DNA from: Candidatus Eiseniibacteriota bacterium
Lineage (GTDB): Bacteria > Eisenbacteria > RBG-16-71-46 > CAIMUX01 > VGJL01
Length of the DNA stretch: 64,000 bases
Reading direction: 5' to 3'
NCBI GenBank assembly: GCA_963792585.1
Contig: CAWBWI010000003.1
Location: 736,001 to 800,000 of the forward strand
How positions within the stretch are numbered: position 1 is the stretch's first letter; every line of letters starts with the position of its first letter. The notes beneath the pieces are model-generated. The model was not told the origin of the DNA. It worked only from the letters and a program-made list of their open reading frames with translations, and ran no database searches. Positions 50,064 through 59,365 of the stretch are shown here, in pieces. The position numbers were made by a program, and so were the translations under genes.

Positions 50064-51092
50064 ATGGGAGACGAGGAGAAAAGGACCATGGCGCTCAGCG
50101 CACGCAAACACCCGGACTATCCATTCCGGGACGAACACCTGGAGGCGACGATCCGTCTCGTCGATACCTTCCATGCCGACCCGCCGCTCTCTCCGATCGA
50201 GCGGGGCGAGGTGCTCGAGTTCGTGCGCATGACGCACCAGTACGCCTTCCTCGAGAGGTTGATTCAGGGAGAAGTGCGCTTCGAGCTGCCCGCCCATTTG
50301 GGTCAGATCAGGCAGACGTATCCGTCGATCGAGAAGCAGGCGGAGGAAGTGGCCGCGGCCGAGCGCAGCTTGCTGGGATTAGGCCTGGAGCCGGCCGAGG
50401 ACCTGCCCGAGGCGCTCGACGATCGCGGGATCAAGGTGCTCCGGCGCGACCGCGGGCCCGAATCGCCGGAGACGTTGACCGGCGGGTTCCACTATCCCGG
50501 CGTGCACGGCCCCGCAATCCTCGTCGGCGCGGTCGAGAAGAGCCGTGACGCCATCTTCATCCTCGCCCACGAATACGGCCACCTCGTGATGGACGTGGAT
50601 CCCTACGAAAGCCGCTTCTGCCGCTGGCGCCTCCACGATCTCGAGAACGCGAATCCCTCGAAGGAAGAACGGCGCGCCGACCGCTTCGCGCGCGCGCTGC
50701 TCCTGCCCGAGAAGACCGTTCGGGAATGTTGCGGGAGCGTCGGCGCGGAAGAGCACTCACCCGAGGCGATCGGGCGGGGGGCGGAGGTCTTCGATGTCTC
50801 GCCCGCGCTTCTCTGGCGGCGGCTCGAGGACTTGAAGCTAACACGGCCGGCGGAAGCCCCGCCCGTGGGCGGCCGCAGGCGCCACAAGGTCGACGAGCTG
50901 CGCCCGACCGACCTGCCCGAGCGCTTCGTGAACCTCGCCCTCGCGGCCTACGCCGGGCGCGTGTTCGAGATGAACGACCTCTCCCGCTTCCTGCGCGTCG
51001 CGCCCGAACGGCTGCAGAACTTCCTCACCTGGTGCCAGGTCCCGCGCGAACTCAAGCGCGAGGACTTCGTGGTGGAGGAGGAGGAAGGGTAG
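50064..51092 (+). CDS. ImmA/IrrE family metallo-endopeptidase (no N-terminal HTH)
   Basis: F.LAHEYGHL, EE.RADRFA.ALLLP and FDVS..L..RL. Confidence 0.88.
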   Translation: MGDEEKRTMALSARKHPDYPFRDEHLEATIRLVDTFHADPPLSPIERGEVLEFVRMTHQYAFLERLIQGEVRFELPAHLGQIRQTYPSIEKQAEEVAAAERSLLGLGLEPAEDLPEALDDRGIKVLRRDRGPESPETLTGGFHYPGVHGPAILVGAVEKSRDAIFILAHEYGHLVMDVDPYESRFCRWRLHDLENANPSKEERRADRFARALLLPEKTVRECCGSVGAEEHSPEAIGRGAEVFDVSPALLWRRLEDLKLTRPAEAPPVGGRRRHKVDELRPTDLPERFVNLALAAYAGRVFEMNDLSRFLRVAPERLQNFLTWCQVPRELKREDFVVEEEEG

Positions 51093-51120
51093 TTTCCTCT
51101 CTCGCGGTCGGCCGTTCTCC

Positions 51121-52101
<981 letters not shown>

Positions 52102-52188
52102 GTGTCACCTCCTTGGGTGAGGATAGGGCGGTTTGGGCGGCTCTCAAAGGCCGGGGCGGGCACGGGGAATCAGGACCTGCCCGGTTTG

Positions 52189-52327
52189 CCGGGCTCGCCT
52201 CCGGGTGTATGCCTTCGCTCGGCGCTGGCTCGCGCGCTAACGGAACGTGTCGCCTTCGGCGCCACGTTCCTGGACCGCGCTCGCGGGCGCGCAGCTCGCT
52301 ACGGCAAACACCCTCCGCTCGCCCGGT
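52189..52327 (+). repeat. Palindromic REP/MITE-like repeat, copy 1
   Basis: Near-identical to the reverse complement of 59366-59505; internal hairpin GGAACGTG...CACGTTCC. Confidence 0.85.
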
Positions 52328-52366
52328 TCCACCGGGGCATGCCTGCGAGGTGGAGAGCCGTAGTCC

Positions 52367-52747
52367 TTAGCGCTCCCTTTTCCTCGCGAATTTCACGCCG
52401 GGAAAGCCCTCGAAGTCCGCATCCTGAGTCCACAAGGTCGCCCTGTATTTCTGGGATGTGGCCAGGACAATGCTGTCGGCCATGGGCAGCTTCCGCGCGA
52501 CGCTCAGTTGGGCGGCGGCCATCGCGATCGAAGAGGACAGGTCGACGACCGTCCCCTGGTGCATCAAGGCGGATGCTTGCAGGGCGCCTGCCTGACCCGC
52601 CTGCTGGAGCACACGTCTGAACACCTCGAAGATGCAGAGCGTGGGCACGATCAACCGGCTCACATCCTGAATCGGCGGAGCGAAGAAGGCACCGTTCTTC
52701 CCGTCCGCGAAGTACTCGAGCCAGCCGGAGGAGTCGACCAGATTCAT
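52367..52747 (-). CDS. vapC: PIN-domain toxin (VapC family)
   Basis: VDSSGWLEY, E, ADS and TQDADF acidic PIN motifs. Confidence 0.92.
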   Translation of the reverse strand: MNLVDSSGWLEYFADGKNGAFFAPPIQDVSRLIVPTLCIFEVFRRVLQQAGQAGALQASALMHQGTVVDLSSSIAMAAAQLSVARKLPMADSIVLATSQKYRATLWTQDADFEGFPGVKFARKRER

Positions 52748-52950
52748 ACCCGGTCGTCTTCGCGATCGACGGTCGTGTCCAGCCCCTTGAGGAAGCCGCG
52801 CATCTCTTTGATCGGACGTACTGGAATCAGCTCGATCCGATCCTCGTAGACCATGGCCTGGATCTTCTGCCCGGGTTTGAGCCTGAGGGCCTCCCGGATC
52901 GCCTTCGGGATGACAACCTGGAACTTCGGCGAGATCGTGACGACGTTCAT
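52744..52950 (-). CDS. AbrB/MazE-type antitoxin
   Basis: ISPKFQVVIPK.IRE.L.LKPGQ; ATGA overlap with vapC. Confidence 0.92.
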   Translation of the reverse strand: MNVVTISPKFQVVIPKAIREALRLKPGQKIQAMVYEDRIELIPVRPIKEMRGFLKGLDTTVDREDDRV

Positions 52951-52956
52951 CTCCTC

Positions 52957-53015
52957 CTCCATCGATACAATAATCGTATGACGTATATCGTATCGATGGA
53001 GTCATCGTATGTCAA
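52957..53015 (-). promoter_or_regulatory. TA promoter with overlapping inverted-repeat operator
   Basis: Minus strand TTGACA-17nt-TACGAT, plus a perfect 12-bp inverted repeat CTCCATCGATAC / GTATCGATGGAG. Confidence 0.75.
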
Positions 53016-53030
53016 ACCACCATCGACCGA

Positions 53031-53618
53031 TCACCGGCGCGGCATTCGCTCGACGGTGATCGTGGATTCGGACGATGGGATGCGGGAGTTGACGCGGATC
53101 TCGGCATCCTCGACCTCCTCGATGCGAAGCGGCAGCGGCCAGCCCCCGCCCGGCGGATACAAAGATCGCGGGAAGGCGACGTACACGCTCGTACCCTTCC
53201 AGTCGGGGTAGTTCTTCTCGCACTCCCATCCCGTCGGGATCTTTGCGGGGGTGCGAACGGTGACAAGGCCGCGGTCGGTCTGTCGACCGACCCAGGATTC
53301 GACGGATTGGTACACCTTTCCGTTGTACTTGAGCCCGATGACGGGATCGATCAAGAGTCCCCCGTCCCGCTCCCATCCAATTCCGACGGGAACCCAGACG
53401 AGACTGTCCTGGGTCAGGGCCACCCTTTCGCAAAGGGTGCAGAGGTCCGGATGATCGCGTAGGTAAGCGATCTCGAGGTACATCCGACCAAACACCGATT
53501 CCGTGAGGACAACTTGGACCCGAACATCGTCGATCTGTTTGATGATCCTCTGGATGTCACGCGCATGACTCGTCGGAGCCGCCAAGCTGACGATGAAGAC
53601 CCACAATACCGGCCGCAT
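53031..53618 (-). CDS. Hypothetical secreted protein (195 aa, CxxC)
   Basis: Signal-like MRPVLWVFIVSLAAPTSHA; its ATG lies 1 nt after the stop of the upstream peptide gene. Confidence 0.65.
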   Translation of the reverse strand: MRPVLWVFIVSLAAPTSHARDIQRIIKQIDDVRVQVVLTESVFGRMYLEIAYLRDHPDLCTLCERVALTQDSLVWVPVGIGWERDGGLLIDPVIGLKYNGKVYQSVESWVGRQTDRGLVTVRTPAKIPTGWECEKNYPDWKGTSVYVAFPRSLYPPGGGWPLPLRIEEVEDAEIRVNSRIPSSESTITVERMPRR

Positions 53619-53619
53619 G

Positions 53620-53853
53620 TCAGTTGCATTGTGGATCGGTCGGGTACTGACCACAGTACTCCGTCTGATCCAACAACTCCGTGAAGCAGAGAAAGATGCA
53701 CTGCCAGGGCAAGTCGCAGTCGCCGTCCAGGAGGTCGGCGCAGTGTGTGGGCAGCGTCCGGGCTTCGACCCTATCGACGGTGAACGTAGAGATGGGCAAT
53801 CCCAGCAACATCAAGACCAGCAGGGCCAGACTCAGTGACCTGACGCGGAGCAT
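53620..53853 (-). CDS. Small secreted six-cysteine peptide (77 aa)
   Basis: GGGAGG RBS, hydrophobic leader ending VEA and a six-Cys mature part; lies directly below a sigma54 promoter. Confidence 0.75.
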   Translation of the reverse strand: MLRVRSLSLALLVLMLLGLPISTFTVDRVEARTLPTHCADLLDGDCDLPWQCIFLCFTELLDQTEYCGQYPTDPQCN

Positions 53854-53917
53854 GGCATGGACCTCCCTTGTGGATTGATGACGACCGTTGGTTTCGTGGG
53901 AGGCACTGGGGTGGGTA

Positions 53918-53933
53918 TGCAATGCCCATGCCA
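53918..53933 (-). promoter_or_regulatory. Sigma54 (-24/-12) promoter
   Basis: Minus strand TGGCATGGGCATTGCA (TGGCA-N6-TTGCA), located immediately after the enhancer-binding protein gene. Confidence 0.85.
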
Positions 53934-54011
53934 ATCGCCAGGCCCTGCGACCCAAGGGGTTATGTGGGAGGGTGAAGTGCGGAGACGTCGCTTTTTCGTC
54001 CAGCGACTGGA

Positions 54012-56315
54012 TCAGCTGTCTAGGCGACCCGCCTTCGGGCGAATCCCAAGCTGCTTCAGGACCCGATAGACGTGCCCTCTGGAGACCCCAAGAACGGTGG
54101 CGACATCTGCTACCCTGCCGTCGCACCTTCGAAGAAGCTCGGAGAGTCTTCTTGGATCCTCGAGAACTAGGGATGGGTCACCGATATCGTCGATCAGGCT
54201 ACATGTTGGCGTCGTCTCTTGTGGTGCCCAGTTGTTGACGATCACACCGTCAGAGGTGAGGGCCGCAAGCCGCAGGATCTCCGACTTGAGTTGGCGCACG
54301 TTGCCCGGCCACTGCGCTCTTTCCATGGCCATGATCGACATCTTGCCCAACCCGGCGAATCCGGGACGGATCGTGCTGCGCGCTTCGTCTGTGAACCGAG
54401 CAATCAACTCCTTGATGTCCGAGCGTCTCTCCCGAAGCGGCGGAAGGACCAGCCGCAGACCGGTCAGTCTAAAGTAGAGGTCCCTGCGGAAGCGGTTGCG
54501 TCGCATTCGCTCCTCGAGATCGACGTGCGTTGCGGCGACGATTCTCACCTGAACCCGCTTGGTCTCGTCGCTTCCCAGCGAGCGAACCTCCCCGGAATCG
54601 AGGAATCGCAGCAAGCGCGCCTGGGAGTCTTCCTTGAGTTCGCCGATTTCATCCAGGAATAGCGTCCCGGCCTCTGCCGCGCGCACGAGACCGGTTCTGC
54701 TCGATACGGCACCGGTGTATGCGCCGCGGGTGTGACCAAAGAGCTCCGCATCCAGTAGGTCATGCGGACAGGTGGCGCAATTGAATGCGACCAGGGGACC
54801 TTGCCCCCAACGCCCCATCCTGTGGATCGCTTGAGCGAGTAGTTCCTTTCCGGTGCCGGTTTCGCCTTGGATCAAGACGGGGATGTTCAGCGAGGAGACT
54901 TGGGAGGCATCGCGCATTACGTCCATGAGCCGCCGGCTGCTGCCGAAGAGGCCATGTCGACGAGCAAGTTCTTGAAGGTGACGTCGGTCGAGGGGGCCGG
55001 ACGAGCCACCCGGAGGAGTGGCCGTGGGGACCGGATGGCTCAGGGGTGTCTCGATGACTCCATCGTCAAGTTCCCCCAGAAGATCCAGAACCCGGTCCCG
55101 TTCAAAGGTCTCGCCAAGCTCCTCGAGAATCGCAAGGGCGGAACGGAGCACCTGCTCTCCGGATTCATCCTTGCCAAGGGACCGTAGCGCCTGCCCCTGA
55201 ACCCGAAGCGCCGTCGCATGCTCGTAGCGATCACCATAGCGCTCTGCGCGCGCGCCGGCATCCTTGGCAAGCTGGAGCGCGTCGCTGACATCACCGAGCG
55301 CGAGAGCGACTTCGGCTTGGCGGCGGAGGACCTCGGGCACGATATCCCCGTCAGGGGCGATCTTGTTGGCAATGTTCAAAGCGCGACGCAATGCTGCGCG
55401 GGCGCGAATATAGTTGTGAGATGCCAGGTGAAGTTCGCCGGTGTATTCGAGAGCGATTGCCGTCCGACGAGGAGACGCCTGGCGCCGGCAAAGCCGGAGT
55501 GACTTGGCGAGATCGAGGCGGGCCTCGTCCGGGCGGTCGAGCCGGACGAGAGCGAGGCCGCGGTCGGCTCGAGCGGTGGCTTCAATCGCGGTGTCCCCAA
55601 TCTCAACGGAGAGGCGGACTGCCTCGCGGAGGGATTCCTCCGCGAACGTCAAGTGGCCGCTCCAAAGCCGTTGAAGGCCGAGGTTCAGCGTGGCCTTGAC
55701 GTACTTCCGCATGGTGCCGAGGCTTCGGTATGTGTCTCTTGCCTGCAAGAGGAGACCATCCGCGCGGGACCAGTGCCCCTCGATGCGGTCGAGGAGGGCG
55801 AGGTCCATTAAAGAGTCGGCTACATCCTCGGTCCATCCGAAGCGAGCGGCCTCATGCGCATTTCGCTCTAGTCGTTGCCTCGCCGATACGAGATCTTTCA
55901 GTCTTGCGCTGCATAGTGCCAGTAGCCCGCGTAGCCTGAGGTCATGAATGTTCTCTACTTGCCGCTCGCAGATCGCGGAGAATCGAGTAAGACATGCTTG
56001 CAGCTCTCCTGCTCCGATTAGCATCTGGGCGTCGACTAGCTGCAATTCGGAGTAGAGGTCACGGGCCGTGGGTTCGGCAACGGTCGAGCGCGCAGCTATT
56101 GCCTCCTCGACGCGCCCTTGTTTGTAGAGGCTAATAACCAAGACGATACTCGCCTCAACACCAACGTCTCCGACCTCGCAGCATGCGTTCCTTGCGTGAT
56201 CCTCCGCGTCTCGAAACGCCCCTGATTGGAGGTACGCTCGAGCCAGGCTCATTGCTCCTGGAACAACGAAGCCGGAGGTGCCTGGTCTCGATGCTGTCGT
56301 GTCTGGACGCTCCAT
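54012..56315 (-). CDS. Sigma54-dependent enhancer-binding protein with TPR-like N-terminal domain
   Basis: GETGTGKE, ELFGH..GAYTGA, LFLDEIGE, RRDLYFRL, WPGNVRQL and a Fis-type HTH. The ~420-aa N-terminus is helical repeats, with no receiver, GAF or PAS motifs recognised. Confidence 0.93.
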   Translation of the reverse strand: MERPDTTASRPGTSGFVVPGAMSLARAYLQSGAFRDAEDHARNACCEVGDVGVEASIVLVISLYKQGRVEEAIAARSTVAEPTARDLYSELQLVDAQMLIGAGELQACLTRFSAICERQVENIHDLRLRGLLALCSARLKDLVSARQRLERNAHEAARFGWTEDVADSLMDLALLDRIEGHWSRADGLLLQARDTYRSLGTMRKYVKATLNLGLQRLWSGHLTFAEESLREAVRLSVEIGDTAIEATARADRGLALVRLDRPDEARLDLAKSLRLCRRQASPRRTAIALEYTGELHLASHNYIRARAALRRALNIANKIAPDGDIVPEVLRRQAEVALALGDVSDALQLAKDAGARAERYGDRYEHATALRVQGQALRSLGKDESGEQVLRSALAILEELGETFERDRVLDLLGELDDGVIETPLSHPVPTATPPGGSSGPLDRRHLQELARRHGLFGSSRRLMDVMRDASQVSSLNIPVLIQGETGTGKELLAQAIHRMGRWGQGPLVAFNCATCPHDLLDAELFGHTRGAYTGAVSSRTGLVRAAEAGTLFLDEIGELKEDSQARLLRFLDSGEVRSLGSDETKRVQVRIVAATHVDLEERMRRNRFRRDLYFRLTGLRLVLPPLRERRSDIKELIARFTDEARSTIRPGFAGLGKMSIMAMERAQWPGNVRQLKSEILRLAALTSDGVIVNNWAPQETTPTCSLIDDIGDPSLVLEDPRRLSELLRRCDGRVADVATVLGVSRGHVYRVLKQLGIRPKAGRLDS

Positions 56316-56351
56316 CCTTACTCGTGCCTATCTAGTTACAGGCCCCTATCC

Positions 56352-56726
56352 TCAAGTGCCGAATCGGCTCACAAACAGGAGGTTTCGAATCCACAAGAAC
56401 GACCACGTCGTAGGAGACGAGCAGACGTCTGCAACCGCGCTTGAACCCGCCTTGGACCACGCGGGCAGTGATGGGTATGAGGATCCACTGTCTGGATCTT
56501 CCAATCGCGTAACGAGACTTGGAGAGGTTCTGGCCACAGTTGGCACCTGTGGTGGCACTAGCTCGTTGGACCATTCATCCCCACCACCATCGGTCTCTTC
56601 TCGCAGGACGGGAGGCGCTTCGCGGCCGAACGTCCATGTCGGCAACGAAGCAACAAGGAACAGGAACAGAATGGCCGGGAGGGCAGCGATCAGGGGGGTA
56701 CGGGCCCTGTCCCGGAGCTTTTTCAT
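56352..56726 (-). CDS. Small exported protein / putative peptide precursor (124 aa)
   Basis: GGAGG RBS; basic plus hydrophobic leader; acidic core EETDGGGDEW; Pro/Ser linker; aromatic C-terminus. Confidence 0.65.
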   Translation of the reverse strand: MKKLRDRARTPLIAALPAILFLFLVASLPTWTFGREAPPVLREETDGGGDEWSNELVPPQVPTVARTSPSLVTRLEDPDSGSSYPSLPAWSKAGSSAVADVCSSPTTWSFLWIRNLLFVSRFGT

Positions 56727-56798
56727 AGGGAGGCAACCTCCGTGCGGCCCTGAACTGGGAGCAGGCCACATGGGAACAACCCCATTTCGACGGAACCA

Positions 56799-56827
56799 AA
56801 CATACTGGACCCCCTTCGCTCTGTCAA
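56799..56827 (-). promoter_or_regulatory. Sigma70 promoter of the precursor-bEBP unit
   Basis: Minus strand TTGACA-17nt-TATGTT. Confidence 0.65.
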
Positions 56828-57073
56828 TTCCCTTAATAGGCAACGGCGACTCGGAGCCGAAGAGACGCCATTATACGGATCGGCATACTCGAGAGGCGGG
56901 CGCATGAGCCGATGCGGGTTCCCGGCAGCGATTGGATAGGCTGTTTCAAGAGATTCAAGAATCTGGTGGTTGGATCATCTGCGACGTTGCCATGGCTTCG
57001 GGTAGGTGGGCCTTCGTAGTGGGGGAGTCCGATTCGTAGTAGCTAATCCGGCAGCGCTGTCTTCGGGTCAGGC

Positions 57074-57224
57074 TCAGGACCTCCTCGCGACCCCCATCCC
57101 CAGGAGCCTCCCCCGCAACTCATCCACCGTCGGCATCGCCCGCACGAAGTCGAGGATGCGGATCCCGGTGGTGACGGCGCGGACGTGGTTATCAGGTTCG
57201 CCCGCCCGGAGATGGTGCTCGAGC
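57074..57224 (-). pseudogene. Degenerate duplicate of the patatin 3' end
   Basis: Aligns codon-for-codon with 58278-58449 including the stop codon, with a 21-nt in-frame deletion. Confidence 0.85.
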
Positions 57225-57452
57225 CGCAGCCGCGACACTTGTCGGATCTACCTCATCGATAACCTCTTCATTGCCATCCAAGAAGCCCTCCCTGGACAGG
57301 AGGATCCCCGAATGGCGAGCGCTATCGATGGTGTTCGGAGTGGCCGGAATCACCGTTCGGGATGGTTCGGAGACCACATAGAGACGAAATCGCCCGGCGG
57401 CCCCCGAAAGCCTCCTAGGGGAGGTCCGAGCCTCTCTTGATGTCCGAAATAC

Positions 57453-57525
57453 TTGACATCGAATCTCGGGTCCCCTACCGTCGCGATGTATGAATTATTT
57501 GTCATAAAGTACGGTATACATGACA
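57453..57525 (+). promoter_or_regulatory. Sigma70 promoter plus palindromic operator
   Basis: TTGACA-17nt-TACCGT, followed by a TGTCAT-N14-ATGACA inverted repeat before the RBS. Confidence 0.55.
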
Positions 57526-57545
57526 CAGAGATAGAGGAGGACGCG

Positions 57546-57959
57546 ATGAACCTGTCGTTTCGGGAGAAGAGCCTCTGGCTGTTGTTCGTCAGCCTGATTG
57601 TGGTTCTCGGTTTCTACTTCGTGAGGGTCCTGCCTTCGAATGCGATGAACGTGAGGCCCGATCAGGTGGCGATGTTCGTGATGGTCACTGTGGCGCTGGT
57701 GATCGTGCAGATCGTCGGACACGTCGTGATCGCAATCGTGGACCGGCGCTCGGAGACGGACGAGCGGGATCGGCTGATCGAGCTGAAAGGCACGCGCAAT
57801 GGAGGTTACGTCCTGGCGACAGGTGTCTTCCTGGCGCTTTGCGCGGCGCTGCTGACGAAGGGCAACTTCGTATTCACGCACGTGCTGCTGGGGTTCTGGG
57901 CGCTGGCGCAGTTAGTGGAGGTGGGGTCCCAACTCCTGCTCCACCGGCGTGGAGCGTGA
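57546..57959 (+). CDS. Four-TM membrane protein (DUF2178-like, XRE-associated)
   Basis: MNLSFREKS.W, DERDRLIE motif and hydrophobic helices; GAGGAGG RBS. Confidence 0.75.
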   Translation: MNLSFREKSLWLLFVSLIVVLGFYFVRVLPSNAMNVRPDQVAMFVMVTVALVIVQIVGHVVIAIVDRRSETDERDRLIELKGTRNGGYVLATGVFLALCAALLTKGNFVFTHVLLGFWALAQLVEVGSQLLLHRRGA

Positions 57960-57962
57960 GGG

Positions 57963-58184
57963 ATGGGCAAGAGCGGCGGTCGCATCACGAACGAAATCCG
58001 GACCCTCCGCTTTCATCAGAGCGAGATGACGCAGCAGGAGCTTGCGGACCGGGTCGGTGTCACACGCCAGACGGTGAACGCGATCGAGGGGAACAAGTAC
58101 TCGCCCTCGCTGGAGGTCGCGTTCCGGATCGCGCGGGTGTTCAGCGTCCCGCTGGAGCGGGTCTTCCAGTACCGGGAGCCATGA
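57963..58184 (+). CDS. XRE-family HTH transcriptional regulator
   Basis: MTQQELADRVGVTRQTVNAIE..KYSPSLEVAF. Confidence 0.95.
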   Translation: MGKSGGRITNEIRTLRFHQSEMTQQELADRVGVTRQTVNAIEGNKYSPSLEVAFRIARVFSVPLERVFQYREP

Positions 58185-58277
58185 CGGATGCCCGGAGCGA
58201 GCGGTTGGTGAGTGTCGCATCGCAAGAGGATGGAACCCCCGGCGGCCAATCCAGCGGTGAGCCGGGGATCGAGGGCA

Positions 58278-59153
58278 TCAGGATTCTCTCGCCAGCCCCA
58301 TCTCCACCAGCCTCTCCCGCAACTCCTCCACCGCAGGCATCGCCTGCGCGAAGATCTCCTCCGCCCGGGCGAAGTCGAGGATGCGGATCCCGGTGGTGAG
58401 GGCGCGGACGTGGATATCGGGCTCGCCCGCCCGGAGATGGTGCGCGAGCGCATCGCGCTGCATCATGTCGAATGCCCCGAGGACCGAGTCGATCACGTTG
58501 GGCAGATCGGTTCGGCCGGGCTCGGGCGCGCGGCCGACGTCGACGGCAATCGTCACGTCGCAACGGCCCTTCAGGTGACTGAAGGGCATCACGTTCACCA
58601 GCCCTCCGTCCACGAGCACCCGGCCATCCAGCGCCAACGGCGGGAACACCGCCGGGATTGAGATGCTGGCCCGGATCGCGGCCATGAGCGGCCCGCGATC
58701 GAGCACGACCTCTTCGCCCGTCCAGAAGTCAGTGGCCACCGCGATGAGGGGAATCTCCAGCTCCTCGAAGCGCTCCTTCGTGATACCGCCGAGCAACTGC
58801 CGGAGGAATCGATCCGGTTTGATCATCCCGCCGTGCTTCAGGTCGGGCACGAGCGGGCCGACCCACTTCAGGAAATCCGTCTGCTTCTTGAGCCGCGCGC
58901 GCCGTCCCTCGGCATGCGATATCAGGTGCCGCTCGACCAGATCGTGGATCTGCCTGCCGCTCATGCCGGAGGCGTAGAGCGCGCCGATCAGGGCGCCCAT
59001 GCTGGTCCCTGCGATCACACATGGCTTGAGGCCAAGTTCGTCAAGCAGCTCGAGCACCAGTACGTGCGCCAGCCCGCGCGCCCCGCCCCCGCCCAAGGCG
59101 AGCCCGATTCGAGGCCTGCCGCCTCCCGGTGCGTCTGGCGGTGTCGTTGACAT
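58278..59153 (-). CDS. Patatin-like phospholipase
   Basis: GGGGARG, GTSMG, ASISIP and DGG. Confidence 0.95.
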   Translation of the reverse strand: MSTTPPDAPGGGRPRIGLALGGGGARGLAHVLVLELLDELGLKPCVIAGTSMGALIGALYASGMSGRQIHDLVERHLISHAEGRRARLKKQTDFLKWVGPLVPDLKHGGMIKPDRFLRQLLGGITKERFEELEIPLIAVATDFWTGEEVVLDRGPLMAAIRASISIPAVFPPLALDGRVLVDGGLVNVMPFSHLKGRCDVTIAVDVGRAPEPGRTDLPNVIDSVLGAFDMMQRDALAHHLRAGEPDIHVRALTTGIRILDFARAEEIFAQAMPAVEELRERLVEMGLARES

Positions 59154-59156
59154 CGG

Positions 59157-59280
59157 CTACGGCCTCATGAGGAGTTTGGTGGTCAACGTCCGTGTCGGCG
59201 TTTCGACACGCACAAAGTAGACGCCGGCCGACCGTCGCCGGCCGCGGTCATCGAACCCGGATCCGGGCGACCATGCGAAT
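59157..59280 (-). pseudogene. Orphan FlgD-Ig/T9SS-like C-terminal remnant
   Basis: Reads ...FAW...DDRGRRRSAGVYFVRVETPTRTLTTKLLMRP* with no credible gene body upstream. Confidence 0.6.
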
Positions 59281-59365
59281 CTCTCCTGGACATTGACACC
59301 GCGATGAGAACTGACGGCGGATCGTCGCGCGATGAGAATACCACACGAAGCTCGATTGCCGGGAG

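Noticed and set aside
53620..53853. Cys peptide as a SCIFF/ranthipeptide or lanthipeptide precursor
   Set aside because: It has a Sec-type hydrophobic leader and no adjacent modifying enzyme.
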